Shown: positions 37,681 to 51,551, counted from the stretch's first letter. The stretch is DNA of 64,000 nucleotides from Sphagnum compactum (GCA_965153455.1 OZ234493.1:10282213-10346212); one strand, 5' to 3'. The notes: generated by a model not told the origin, from the letters alone. A program made the numbers and translations.

Positions 37681-38853
37681 TTGACAAATTCCTCAAAGCA
37701 ACGTGATATGGGTTGACAATATTTAGTTGATGTTGTATGTCATAGCCTATATGTTCATAGGGGATGTAACTTGTAAAAGTCCAATTTTTGTTCTTTCCTT
37801 CGTTGCTTTTTCAAATTTGCATGTGGTTTTTAGCCTATCTATTTTGTTTGGTTCAACATTATATTTATAATGTTTACGGTTTGTGCTATTGGTTTCTACT
37901 TACAAATTCTGCTACTAGTTTATGCTACACATTGTGCTATAGTAGTTTCTATCTTTAATTTTGACTCACACTTTCCACTTGCACATTTTTTGAACTTTCT
38001 CCCAGTAGTTTTTTCCTACACTTATCTCATGGTTACCAGATGTCTTACTTGAAAAAGTGAGACTTGGTGGACACTATCCAAAGTACCTACTTGTGTATTG
38101 TTGAAGTTTTTTCCCAATTCCGGTCATGTTTTTCAAAGTTCATCCTCTTTGAACAAATGGCTGACAACTTCAAGGCCTGAAATATGAGGAACCATACTTA
38201 CAATTTTGATGTAGGTTTTTTAACATGTAGTGTATAGACTACTCAATACGTGGGACCTTTCGCCATCTTCTTATATACTTTAGTTGGATGTAAGAAATAG
38301 TAGCCCTCTTTTTAAATCGGGTCATTTCTTTAGTTTTGAATTGATTCATGTTGTTATGTTGTCATCATATTTAGCTCAATGGTAGGCACTATTAGCATAT
38401 TTGTGCAACCTCAAAATGTCAACCTTAGTCACATAAATCTCTACATTACATGCATAATAGCCAATTGAACTAAAGAAGCAAGATTTTTAAAAAAAAATGC
38501 TCAAAAATCAGGATTGCGCACAATTTAGCCAAGATGTATCTCAGACCATAAGTGCTGATAATCAACAGTTCAAAGTGGTCTTCTAAGAAGGCAGAATATG
38601 GGTGAGCCTGAAGCATGTGGCAGATTTTAGCTTTTGCCAAAGTTATGATTGTCTCAATTTTGTAAGCAGTTTGTTAAGATCCGAAAACCTTGGGGTGTTA
38701 CCTGAAAGTGGCAAGGCATTAGATGTACTTTAAACCCTAAACCCTTTTGAAACAGAATGTTTTGTTTGGACTCAGACTGTGTGACAACATTCTAGTTGAA
38801 CATGATCTGCACATGCTATGAGGCACTGAGTTTGTATTTCTGGTGGTAGATGA

Positions 38854-40787
38854 ATGCAAGGTATCCTGAATTTACTCATAAGAAGATGCAGCTGGGCCTG
38901 TGGATTGATGACCAGTGAACACCTGAATGGGTGGAAGTGGAGATGGTTGCAATGGCACCAGGCATAGAGCAGTTGAGCATTTTTGTAGGGAATAAAAAGC
39001 TTGCAAAATATGTCAAGGCTGGGCAACCTGAGAAGACACTGGAGCTTTTCTAACAACTGCAACAAGAAGGCACATGTCCTGACAAGTTCACTTCTGTTCA
39101 GGTGCTTAAGGCATGTGCTAGTTTAAGGGGTACTTGCAGAGGGTAGGCATGCTCGCCAACAGATCATTTTGAAGTGCTTATGAGTCCAGTATGTTTGTGG
39201 GAAGCAGCCTGATTGACATGTATGCCAAATGTGGGAGCATGCAGGATGCTTGGAGAGCATTCAACAAGATGCTATCACAGAATTGTATGGTCAGTTGGAC
39301 TGCCATGATATTGGGGTATGTGAAATGTTGGCAAGATTGGGATGCTTTGGAACTATTTAGACAAATTCACCATAAAGGTGTGGAGCCAGACCATGTTGCT
39401 TTCGTGGGGTTGCTGGAATGTGTGTGCTAGTGTATGGGCACTTGAAGACGGCAGCTGGGCTCATGAACAGATCATTCAAAATGGTTGTGGCTCAGATGTG
39501 CTTGTGGGGAGTAGCCTGGTTGATATGTATGCCAAATGTGGGGGCATGGAGGAGGGTTGGAAAATGTTAACAAGATTTTCTCACAGGATGTGCTCTTGCA
39601 GACTGCCATGATATTGGGAAATGTGACATGTGGGGAAGGGAGGTTGTATTGAAACTATTCACCAAATGCAAAAGAAAGTGTTCTGTCAAACCCGATCACT
39701 TTTGTTGGGGTCCTGAAAGCCTGTGCCAGTGTACTGGCACTTGCAGAGGGCAGGCTCACTCATAAACAAAATATAGAAAGTGACTTTTAAGTCAAATGTC
39801 TTTGTTAGGAGTAGCCTTGTTGACATTTACGCCAAACATGGGAGAATGGAAGAGGGCTTGGAGGGTGTTCAACAAGGTGCCATCACATGATATGGTCTCC
39901 TGGAATGCGTTGCTTAGAGGATTTGCCATGCATGGGCATGGTAAGGAAACTCTTCAACACCTTGAACAGATGTGTGAAGAGGGTGTAGAGCCAGAAGATA
40001 TTACTTTTCTTTGTCTTCTTTCAGCTTGTAGCCATGCAGGCCTGGTATATGAAGGATTGTGCTGTTATGATTCCATGAATGTAATTTACAAGATTTCTGC
40101 AAAATTGGAACACTACACCTGCATGGTTGATCCTTCTTGGATGAGCTGGCCACCTGCACAAGGTTGAGAATATAATCAATGGAATGCCCTGTAAACCAGA
40201 TGCAGCAACATGGAAGGCTTTGCTTGGTGCCTGCAGAACTCATGGTAGTGTTCTTGATGTGGACCCTAAGAATGCTGCTGGCTATGTGCTGCTATCAAAT
40301 CTCTATGCTGCTGTTGGTGAGTGGGATTTCAAGGACAATGTTCAACAGCTGAGAAGGGAAAGAGGTGTGAAAAAGCAGCCAGGTCATACCTTGACTGAAG
40401 TGAATAATGAGGTGCATACGAATTTGTAGGAGATGATCAAGACCATCCTCAGGTCAGTGGAATCCATGCAGAACTGAAGAGAGTGTTAGAATGGATGCAT
40501 GAGCAAGGATATGTACCATAGACAAAATTTGTGCTGCATGATGGGGAGGAAGAAGAAAAGGTCTCCCATTTCTTGTCACCATCGTGAGAAACTGGCCATT
40601 GTATTGGGCTAATCAACACACCTTCTGGTACTCCACTTCTCATTTTCAAGAGTCTATGGGTATGCAGGATGGTCACACAGCCACAAAACTCAATGCCAAG
40701 ATTGTGGGGAGAATAATCATAGTAAGGGATGCCAATTGCTTTCATCACTTTGAGGATGGTGTTTGTTTTTGCAAGGATTATTGGTGA
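38854..40787 (+). pseudogene. PLS-class PPR-E-DYW RNA-editing factor pseudogene
   Basis: Repeated FVGSSLIDMYAKCGSM..AWRAFNKM..VSWTAMILGY motifs. E domain MPCKPDAATWKALLGACRTHG..YVLLSNLYAA. PG box KKQPGHT. C-terminus [20 protein letters not shown]. Many frameshifts and stops. The start ATG (MQGILNLLIRRCSW, transit-peptide-like) is tentative. Confidence 0.9.
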
Positions 40788-42932
40788 TATCAGAAGTCTT
40801 TCTTCTCAATGGGTAGATGGTATTGTGGTTTGTTTTGTTACTTATGACTATGTGACATTCCTTGCAAGGTTGTGGGAAATCTCAGGATACTGGGAAAAAG
40901 CATTTTCAACGGTTTGGGTTATTCATCACAGTTTTATTTCAGTCTTTAGGCGGGGTTTGAAAATTCCATCTCATTCTTGGAAGTTTGACAAAGCTAAGAT
41001 AACACATTTGATCATGGGGAATGGGCCACCTTTCTTGCCAATTTTGTCTATGCTGCATATTGTAGCCGTAGACTTTAGATATGTCAATGTTTATTGTCCC
41101 ATTCACTTGTGACCACATTTCACATCTATTGTAGGCAGGCCATTCCAATCCAAGAGATTAGAGTTTGCTTTAACAACTGGTATATAGAGCCATACATGTG
41201 AAATGAATGTCACTGGGAGTTGTATGGATCACAACTAGTCTTGAGCGTGAGTGCATGAAAAAACCACTCCTCTCTCTTCTTTAGGAAATTCAACAAATGC
41301 AAGCTCAGTTGTAGTGACATTTTTCGCACATGCATTGAAAGGTGTTTGCACATTTGCTAGATTGTGGGAAAGGCACATATTATGAAAGGGGAATACATAT
41401 GGGATGGCATCATCTGGGTGGATTTGGACAACCACCTAAATACTTACCTGTTTTGTAAAAGACCAATTTTACAAAGCTATTTCAAAGGTGAAGGTTTGGC
41501 AGAATCCAAAACAATGGCATCAGGATATATTAAGAGCTGAGGTTAAAAGAAATCATTTTCTCAAACTCTGCAAAAAACTCTTGTATGGATACCTAAGAAT
41601 TATTGGACCCAAAGTCAGCCCATAAGAACCAGCACTGGTTTGGACTCAAGGGCCCTAAACAAGGACTTTTTTTCTTCAAATCTGCAAATCTGCAAAATGA
41701 AGTTTGCAGAAAGAAAGTCTCACCCTAAACCCCAAACCTGGCCTACAAATGTTCACATGTGGTATGAGTGATAGGGTTTAGGGTGTCAAATATACTTTAC
41801 TTTTGTTCTGCCATTTGGGTGCCAAGTTATCTAACACCATTCAATGACAATTCACATTGTTATTCACAAGATACCTATACACAAAAAATTATCCGACACT
41901 AGATTATAAATCAATAGACACTCATGTTTGGCACAAAACAGCAAAGATTATTTAATTACTGAAAAGAAAGAGGAGCCTGGCTGCTGGCAGCCTAATTTCA
42001 GCAGTTCTAGAATAAATCAAGAAAATTTCAGCAGTTCTAGAATAAATCAAGAAAGCTTCAAATGCCTAGTGTATTATTGTGTTGGATCTTGGGAGTCCAA
42101 AGGTAGGAACTATGTGAGCAAAGGCATTGGCTGTTGTGTGTTCATCTCCCACTATATTTTGGCTTAAGTGGTTCAGAATTCTATTTTTTCCCCAACCCAC
42201 CAAAAAAAAAACCATTACAATGTTAAACTGTAATGACGGGTACGGTGCATTTTACCATGTGAAGCTTCATGAAGTAAGTATGATTCAAAGCCTCTTTTTC
42301 CTAACAGCTTTGCTGTGACCATGTCCTTGGAGAGCCCACCAGGACTTCAATTTTGTCCTTCAAACCGAAGACCTGAATGGATCCAAACCCTAAACCAATA
42401 ATCCAATGGAATCCTTCAATCTGAAGGGCACTCAAACAAGGTCTATTCTGTGGCCTTTCCCTATCCACTCCCTGCCCTCATCCCCCAAAAACAACGAGTA
42501 TCTTATACATATGCTTATGCATAGGTGTAAGATTCATCATTCATGTCAATTCTTAGTCTTGAAATTTTGTGTGCAAAATAAAAATTCTTTGTGCATATTT
42601 TTGTATGGGGTAAGTCTTGGTCCAAACCTTCACTTTGAAAGGCAGGGTTCGTGGTAGCCCTTCAATTTGAAGGGCAGCCTCAAGCCCTTCACTCTGAGAA
42701 ACACCTTGCCCTTCAAGTTTAAGGTCTGGAGCCCACTTCTGAAAGACCGTTCCCTTTTGGTGACAGGATCCTAAAATGATGTGCCCATAGAATAATATCA
42801 GACCTCATGATGAATGCCCAAAAAAAAACCAGCACCAAGTATGTTAGTCAGTAGGTAAAGTGACCTAATCACTGATGACTCTTGAATTTCATATACATAT
42901 CTTGAAACAAATGCATGGAAAAACAATGCGCA

Positions 42933-42935
<3 letters not shown>

Positions 42936-42983
<48 letters not shown>

Positions 42984-43004
42984 CACACACACACACACAC
43001 ACAC
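42936..43004. repeat. Compound (GA)n(CA)n microsatellite
   Basis: Directly visible. Confidence 0.95.
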
Positions 43005-44439
43005 CCAAGCAAAGGTGCCGAGTGTGTGGGTGCAGGAGGTTTCCACAGACAGTGTTGTCTGGGACATAATTTTCTTGGCACACATGTTCCCGTATACAAG
43101 GGGCGGTTCTACTTGTCTGGTGTGGAAATTTAGGCTGACAATGTTAGTTCGGAACTTTCTTGGCTTGTGGCTTCAAAACTTGGGTTTACAAAATGGCCTC
43201 GGTGTATTTGTACTTTGTAAGCATAGAAAATTGAGGCTATAATACTCTAGTTGGGTTTCTCACAAATTTATGATTACAATTCTTAAGGAACACGTTGCTG
43301 TTATGCCTTTGTTTTTTAGGACAATTTGTGGGTAGAATTTTTCTTAATTTTGAGTGCTGCCCGGGGTGAGTGGAGGGTGGACATTATGACATTACTCTCA
43401 GAAGGCCTCTTGCATCTGGCTTTTACTATTTTTTTTACTATTTATAATGAGTTTTTACACAGGGGAAGGCTCCCCCTCCAGGCATTATGGCTCTAAGCTA
43501 TACATCATCGTTTTGTTTTTTTGGGAAGCAAACTTTTGTTGTAATTCGAGTTGAAAACAAGTGTTGTGAATTTGTTGCTTGAATCTAATGATAAAAAATT
43601 GGCACACATTTGTTGGAACACCCTGTAGTTAAGGCATGCTATCATTGCACAAGAGAAGAGAGGAGGCCGACAACTTTCACCGTTGCAATGATAAAAAAAA
43701 AGCACTAGGGCTTGCCAAAAGCACATGATGAGTGATGTTCATTTCATGAATTGCTCACCCTTGTTGACAAGCATGGTGCTAGAGTTTGAGTCAAATTTTA
43801 CCTTTAAATGTTTTCCTTTGAATGTTGAGTTGATGTTTTCATATTGACTTTTTACTATAGGAAGGTCAGACCTCAATAGCAGCGAGTCTTTCCTCTTTTA
43901 GATGCAACTGCCTTGATTTTCCATGAAGAACAACTATTAATCTATAATGGTTCTTTTGCATGGCATCAATCCTTTTATTTGACTTTTGAGAGGGGTGAAC
44001 TATAAATCAAATTGTTAATTATTAACATAGTAATGTAAACATAAAAATTATCTTGTCAAGGTTGGATGCAAGTATATATAAAATAATAGCAAGTCCCATT
44101 ATAAAATTGTTATATATGGAATGTTTTATTTACACTACATCAAAAGTTGACATTTATGATTACATATATTATTTTAAATGTAATCGGTCATGTAGTCAAG
44201 TCAAATTTGTCATTAATGCAATTCTAGATGTCATTTTTATGACTATAGTCATGATGGATTTGAAATTATATGTTTTAAGAATATTTTAAATATTAAATTC
44301 GAAAATAAGTGCCTAACCTATTTACACAAACTACTTACCTAGCCTACCTATTTATTTAGTAATCAAAGTATTCGAAATAAAGTACCTAACTTACTTGTCA
44401 ATTTTTACTTTGTAATGAAATGCAAACTTTAGGTGTGTT

Positions 44440-45390
44440 TTTAATTCCTGTGTAAAGAAAAAAGATGTGAAAGTTTTGGGGATGGGGTTTGGATGAGTTT
44501 TTAAATGGTAGTTATGGTCATGTCAAATTGCACAAACCAAGAAAATAAAATGGTTAATGTAGTTTGGAGCCAAAATGGTGAATGGATGAACCACAAGCAA
44601 TTCACATTTTCAACATTCACCAAGGCCTAGACTTGGGAAAAAATCATCACTTTCTTTTTTATAATATATTTTGTAAATAATGATAGGGATTACATTGGAT
44701 TGACATAAATTCCCAAGACCCCATTTGGGAGTCCTATAATTACCATGTTATGAATCCCATTACTTTATGAGCTTTTGACTCTTTCATACGAACTTTTATT
44801 CAAAATCTTCTTGGAAGGGAAACGTTGTAACCTTTGAAAAAACCTTTCCAATAACATATCAATTTTTCAAATTAAAATTAGTTTAACCTTTTTATTGGAC
44901 AAAAAAGTACATGGATTGTAAGTCCAACAATTTGGGTCTAAATGCATTAATTGCCTTTCAATCTTGGTTTGTGCATTTTGATGTGTCCATGAACTCAACT
45001 TGAAAAGCTTGTTTTAAAAGTTAATCCCATTTTAAAGTTCATGCATGCCCTTCTTGTCTTAGTGTGTAAGGGGCTATTGAAAGTATGCAAAGCTTTCAAG
45101 TCTTTTGCAATGCCTTATATTGGAAATGTTACCCCGATATGTTATGGCAAACCTTTGGGGCCATGTCATACTTATTTGACTCCAACCATTCAATTAGTCA
45201 GAAGTTGTGATTCATATTTCCAAATTGGGAATGTGACCCACATTTCTAGATATTTACTCTTCAAGACCTTTAGAAACTTTAAAAATGCCAATGTAAACAA
45301 GGTTTCATCCCCAAAGCATTGTCCAAAGTATTAGGACATTTTAAAACTTTCAAACTCCCAAAATGAAGGTCCATTAGGATTCACTTTCTT
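44440..45390 (-). mobile_element. Highly degenerate LTR related to 19821-20638, same orientation
   Basis: Colinear matches: aattgcacaaacc..tggtta, ttcaccaaggcctagacttgggaaaaaatcatcact, cccaagaccccatttgggagtcc, and tttctagatatttactcttcaagacctt. Confidence 0.55.
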
Positions 45391-45855
45391 GTGATTTCAG
45401 CAAATCCATAAGTAATGATTTTACACTATACCTAGTTGATTTGATGCCTTGACACAGTTTGCTTTTATACATATTAACTTTTAACACATATGAACTGTGA
45501 ATTCATCTACAATAACATTTCCTTGAGGAGAAAAAACGACCCAAAAACTTCACTATGTAACATGTATAACATTTTTGTCACATTTTATACACCAATTGCA
45601 TGGAGGATAGGGAAACATATTTATGAATATTGATTAACAATTATCACAACTATTTGATGAATTACAATTTAGGCCTAAATTCTCCTTCCCAAAATATATC
45701 ACATATAACTTTGTCACCATTTTATGAGGTCATTATGGTAGATGTTAAGATGTAATCAATTCTACCTATTTCGGTCATCTGGTAAAGTACAACTAAACCA
45801 CACTGGGAACAATGGGTTCAACTCCCAATGGGAACTCATGGATAGCCTCCATCAT

Positions 45856-46138
45856 GATTGTTTCTTTTGTTACTTTTGTGATGTAGACAACGTGGCAAAC
45901 ATCATAGAAAGAATTTGGCCAAATTTGGCCAAATTTGGCTACAAGCTATGAAAGCAAAATTTTAAAGCATCCTTCTGTAATTTTGGTTACCTACTTCACG
46001 CATATATACAAATCTGATGATTTTTCTTAATTTTTATCGAATTCTGGCTATTGAAAATGTCAAAAAGTATTTGGTTTTAGCACTTTTAATTTTTGATATA
46101 GCTTTTTGGCTATATATAGCCAATCAAAAAAAAGGCTG
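45856..46138. mobile_element. Degenerate hAT-type MITE
   Basis: Ends aaaaaaaaggctg. Degenerate 8-bp TSD tccatcat / cccaccat. The interior shares motifs such as aaatttggcta with 62479-62744. Confidence 0.45.
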
Positions 46139-48204
46139 CCCACCATGGATGTTCTAGACCGCATTGACATCAGATAATGAATGATGTGGATGTAGGCAAT
46201 TCACTTTTCAAAAATTGGAAAAATCCAGGGAAATGGGATAATGTATATATTTGTGTTTGATATATACAAGTCTCCAAAAAATTGAATGAAACTATTTAAG
46301 TAAGTATTGCCTATCTTTTGGAGGATGTTCCAACACGTTCCATATTGAATGAAATATGATTGAGGCCTTAGTAGGATCAAATGGGCCAGTATTCATTAAA
46401 AAGGTCAGTGGTCTGAAAATATACAATGGGTTTAGGGTTTAGGGTTTTTAAAGTCAATTCTCATAACCGAAATCAACTGAACAGCAAAATAACTGGGCTG
46501 TTTATTTTCTCACCAAGTGCCAGCCCCCTTCTTCTGAAGCAAGAGTAAAACCTAATTAAGTATATGCTACAGATCATAGCAGTGCGCAACACCGTACTTA
46601 ACATAGAGAGGGTCAGAGGGAGGTTGTATCATTGGTCCACAAACTAATTTGAGTCATCACACTCTGTGTTTGAGAGTACAAACTAATCTCATCATTTGCT
46701 TTTGTGTGCATGTTGATCCTCTCATTATCCATATTAGTTGACAACTAATGATGGATTACATCTGATCACCTCATGCCCTGAAGTCCCTTGTTCAATACAC
46801 AATCTCATATCAAGTTGTCAACGTCCAGTACTATGAAGGTCATAAAATTGTTCCACATTTAAAATTTCATATTTGCTAAAACTTTCTATAAATCCTTGAT
46901 CCAAAAATATCTCTGATCGTTATCCCTTTTCATCACATGGGTCATGATGTATGTTTGTGTGCTACAAATTACAAAAGCTAATGCACCGATGTTGAAATTC
47001 TCAGTCTTTGCATCATAATATGCAGCGCCTGGCCAGAGTGAACCAGCACCCACTATTGCATCATGCAAGATAGATGGTGTGTGGACAGGAAACACTTATT
47101 TGTTGAAGATTCCTGTCCTGCATAGCCAAATCACATGGTCATTAGCTTTGTACTAACCATCCACATACATCTACCTTATTAGCCACCACATGCCTTATGT
47201 ATTTATCTACTTACATACTGTAATACAATGGCAGCTTCAACAATAGTTATATTGTTTTCAAAAATGTAGAAAACCTCAAAAAAAATTGTGGAGGAAAATA
47301 AAGAATCTTTTAGAGTTTTCTAAAATATTCTCTATTTTTTCAATATGGGGGGAATCTTCAAAATAAAATAATTGCTCGACAATGAACTGTTATGTATGGA
47401 TCTCACACACTAGTACTTACCATCTCTGGGTTAGTTATTGCAGATTGGTGTTATTGTCACATGTGAAGACTGTAGTTGCAATGGGTCGGGGTAAGCCACA
47501 TCAGATGATGATGTTTGATGAGTTCTATTTATGTGGCAATGCTATTTATGTAGATAAACGTGCCACGTGTATGTAGCTGTTGTGCAACTCCAATTTTTAA
47601 GGTTTGGGAGCATAGAAAGGCGTCTTTATACATTTAGTCGACTTATCTAACATTTAATTATGAAATTTTCTTGCAATAACACTTAAAAGTAACATCTACA
47701 GCAAAAGGGAGATCCAAATATGTAACACTTTCAGCTCATTTACTATGTACAACCCTGAATCAAAAGAACTGGGAAAAAATGTGTGCATGATTGTTAGCTT
47801 CCAATTAATAAATTCATTGTTCAGCCATTTGGCAAATCAGAACATATATTGAAGTGCCCTGCACTCATACCCCAGTCTACAGGTCACACATGATTTTGGG
47901 AATACTTTACAACAATTCATTAAAAACTATGATAATAACAAACTACTAGATTGAGATTAATAATTGAAGTAATAGACAAACATTTCAACATTTCCCTTTA
48001 CACTTTTAGTGATAGTAAAAGTTTCTATTATTTAGAGCTTATTGTAAAAGTTAAAGATGTACAAAAGTTCAACATTTTTGTAATGGGTTCGACTTGAAGC
48101 TTGCACAAGCAAAGAGCTCATCAATAACCAAATGTCCATATCCATCAATAACCGAATGTCCATGTCCATACCACATGATATGAGAAATCCATCATTAATT
48201 CTAG

Positions 48205-48570
48205 TTGTGTATATCCTCACACTTGTACATGTAGGCCATGAAATCATTTGGGCATCATGTGGATTGCATATTGCGTATATACTCACACTCATCTAGGCCG
48301 TGAAATTATTTTGGTAATATGGGGATTGCATAATATTGTGTATATACTCCCACTCATTCAGCCATGAAATCATTTGGGTAATATGTGGATTATATATTGT
48401 GACTTTACTTACACTCATCTAGGTCATGAAATCATTTGAGTAATGTGTGGATTGTATATTGTATATATACTCTTGCACTCTTCTAGGCCCATACAATCAT
48501 TTTCAGCCCCTAATATGTGGTCTATACGCTCATACTCTTTATTAGGCCATGAAATATTTTGGGTAATACT
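48205..48570. repeat. Minisatellite, ~62-bp unit, about 6 degenerate copies
   Basis: Unit ctaggccatgaaatcatttgggtaatatgtggattgcatattgtgtatatactcacactcat. Confidence 0.85.
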
Positions 48571-49026
48571 TATTCATGCGAATTGTATAGAATTCTCACC
48601 TACCAAATCACAAATTGTGGTCAAAGGCAAGGTTTCTAGGTACTTGAAATTCTAGAAAGAGACCAGATCTTGCCTCTTACGTGAAAGACAATTTAAAGGG
48701 ACAACTAGCAACATGTAAAGAACTACTAATGAAGAGAAAAAAAGAAGGGAATTTAAGAAAAAACTGTGAAGTTCTTCACAAGAGCCAACTTTCTGCCTAA
48801 ATATATAAAGTAGTCAGTGCCCTTGTGTGGACGGATCATCAGGATCACTTGGTTCATGCAATTAAACAAGTCGAAAGAGGTTTGAACAAGCTGCTGGCTT
48901 GATTCCCATTTCTCAATTCATAGCAGCAACAGCAGTAGCTGCAGCTGATAATGTTCTTGCATTTGATTGATTGCAATAAACAAAAACAAAATCAATGTTC
49001 TTGTTGTGTGTCTGTAAATATCTAGA

Positions 49027-49429
49027 TCTATATATATGAAGTTAGTTAGTTAGTTAGTTATGTTTTGTTTGTCACGTTCAGATCTCCCAAACCACTGTGC
49101 TCCCAATGGGCACTTGGTATCATTGGAAAGCCCTTCATGAGTAGAGGTGCACTGAGGTGGTTTTGTAATGTTTAAACCTATGGGGTGAGAGTTATTGAAT
49201 ATTGGATAATTCTGTTAAAACAATCAAAACTAAACATTTTAAGAAAATTGAGGCATGCTCTTAAGGGTACTGTTGGAAACCCGATGATGAGTAGGATTTC
49301 TTGGAGGTGATTTTCATAATTTTTAGACCTATGGTGTGGGACATATTGAATTTTAAGAATCATTTGAAGGAGAAATTAGTTGGTTACCTAATGAGTTCAC
49401 ACTTGGGCCAACAGCAAAGGCCACACTAG
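49027..49429 (+). mobile_element. Non-autonomous Helitron-like element
   Basis: A|TCTATATATATGAAG...GGCCAACAGCAAAGGCCACACTAG|T. Homologous to 10486-10984. Confidence 0.65.
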
Positions 49430-49687
49430 TCTATATAGTAAGATGGGTGTTTGTTTGTTGGTTTGGTCTGATGTAATCACACTGTAACCCTGGGGCCCCC
49501 AACTCCACTTAAAGTAGCATTGGAAAGCACTCAACAAGCCAGTGTGCACTCTCGTCATTTCACAATTTTCAAACGAATGGAGCAAAAGTTATTGAATTTA
49601 GACCTAGTTTCGTCTCTGGAGATTAATTTTAAAAATTGGTTTTTATGACAATTGGGGTCCAAGTTAAGCGCACTTGGGACAGAGTAG
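49430..49687 (+). mobile_element. Second, related Helitron-like unit abutting the first
   Basis: Starts TCTATATAG immediately after the CTAG. Repeats the family features (gtttgtttg tract, cattggaaagc, gtgcac, aagttattgaat, cacttggg). The 3' end is degenerate. Confidence 0.45.
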
Positions 49688-51547
49688 TATCGGGATGGGT
49701 GACCTTACATAAGGTTTAATTCATACAAGGGGGCCCAGTTGCGGCACAGGAGCCCATATATGTATATGTATTTGATGATGATCGATTGGAGTTTGCAGCG
49801 GATTCCATACTCACCTGCAACAAGTTGTGAGATCAAGCTAGTTAGTGGAAGAGAATCCACACATGAGACCTTGTAGCACTAGCTAGCTAGTGCAGGCAGC
49901 CACGGATTCTGCTTGAAGAGATCAGCCTAGCCAGGCTATTTCGAACTAGATTTTAGGTAGTGATCAAACCAGCTATACGTACTGACCAGAAACTTTTTCA
50001 TGGCTTTTTAGAACAACCTTGGGGGGTTTGTTTGATGGAGGCTCATTTCCGATGGAGTTCTGACAATCTTCGCAGATCTGATCATGCGATCCATGTGTCG
50101 ATGAGAATTAAGTAAGGTTTCAAAACCAGTATATATGCAGTCATGATCCAGGATTCACGTCAATATATACCCTCAAGAATGTTTCAACATTTTTAACAGC
50201 AACTAGAAGTAATCTGCAGGATCAAGCAAAACATCGATATCGATACGGTTATAACACTAGCTAGTAGTTGCTACAGTGTTAAATAACGGGCCGCACCAAA
50301 ACTAGATCAATGAAGAGCTGCAGCTGGTATCATTTCTAAGCCTGCTGCAGCTGCAACTTGGATCACGAGCGCCTTGATCCAAGTTTCGCAATTCATGAAA
50401 GAAAACAATATATTGCTCACAATGCTGTAAATATGGATCAAACAAAACTTGGCGGTTCAGTAAAGTTCAGATCTTGTAAAATTCGCTCCAAAAACTTTCA
50501 CAAACTGAAGCAGCTTAGTCAATCACGCGGGACACTAGAATACCTAAAAAAACCTAAGCGGCAGAGGCAATTACGACGAAGACATCGTCTGCACTATTGT
50601 TGTAGCGTCAAGACATCATCGTCTGCACTGCGTCTTCATGATCAGATTGATTTTTCATGTCCCATCGGTGCCAGTGAAAACATCCATAGAAAAAAAACCA
50701 AAATAAAAGAAAAGTCGACAGGTATGATGATTCTTCTATGATCTAGAGCCAAGACCTAAGTACCTGCAATGGGGCGAAGCTCAACACCATTGTCATGACC
50801 TGCATGACGCAATTTCGAAAGCTTTGTTGCAGGAGTCAATATGATCTGCAGGGAAAGGTAACGGATAAATAGCCCTGCAGCAGTCCGTGTTGAGCTTCAA
50901 GTTGTAATCGCTTATTTGCAATAACCGATACTTTGAAGCTGCAGTCCGTATCAGTGAGATCGTGATGTGTGGGCCTGCTGGGTCCCACTCCGCGAGCAGC
51001 TGCCACGGGCGGCCGGTGTGACGGGACACTAGTACTGTGAAAGCAGGAGACTGCAGAAAGCAGCTTAGGCGGCCTACTGCTGCTGCTGGGTCCCATAGGG
51101 ACCACCACTATTGTGGGGCTCTACAGTCATCTAGAGATGGTTGAAGGTTACTACGGACATCGAACTGCGGTTTGCCCGAGCATTTGCCTCTAGTTCAGAA
51201 GCTTCCCTAGTAGAGTTATATGGCTACCCTCATCGCTCTCCGCTATTTCTCGACCTCGACTATCATTGTGTCTTCAGGACTTCTTTCTTACAGCAAGCTT
51301 CCAATTCGCCTCTATCGCTTTCTCAGATGCTCATATTCTTGTGAACATATCGTTCACAAATCGCTCAGTCCTCCAGTATTAGCCGCTATTGTTCTCGTGC
51401 GGCCGTTCACTAGTAGCGTCCATTGTCGCCACCGTAGAAAACTCTCTTGGTCTCGCCCAGTGTTGTGAAGAGTGCAGACGTACTAGGTCGTCATTGAGAA
51501 ATCGGAGACAACAGGAGTTGAAGAGATTTCTTATATCTGTGGGTGTC

Positions 51548-51551
<4 letters not shown>

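Noticed and set aside
38764-41645. gtttggactca on both sides of the PPR pseudogene, suggesting capture in a Pack-hAT
   Set aside because: No TIR-like sequence follows the left copy (38764-38771), so the element boundaries cannot be supported.
42798-43242. ORFs with ER/SL/HT/CV runs
   Set aside because: Translations of the (GA)n(CA)n microsatellite.
48205-48570. Regularly spaced repeats resembling a CRISPR array
   Set aside because: Whole units are repeated with no unique spacers, the context is eukaryotic, and there are no cas genes. It is a minisatellite.
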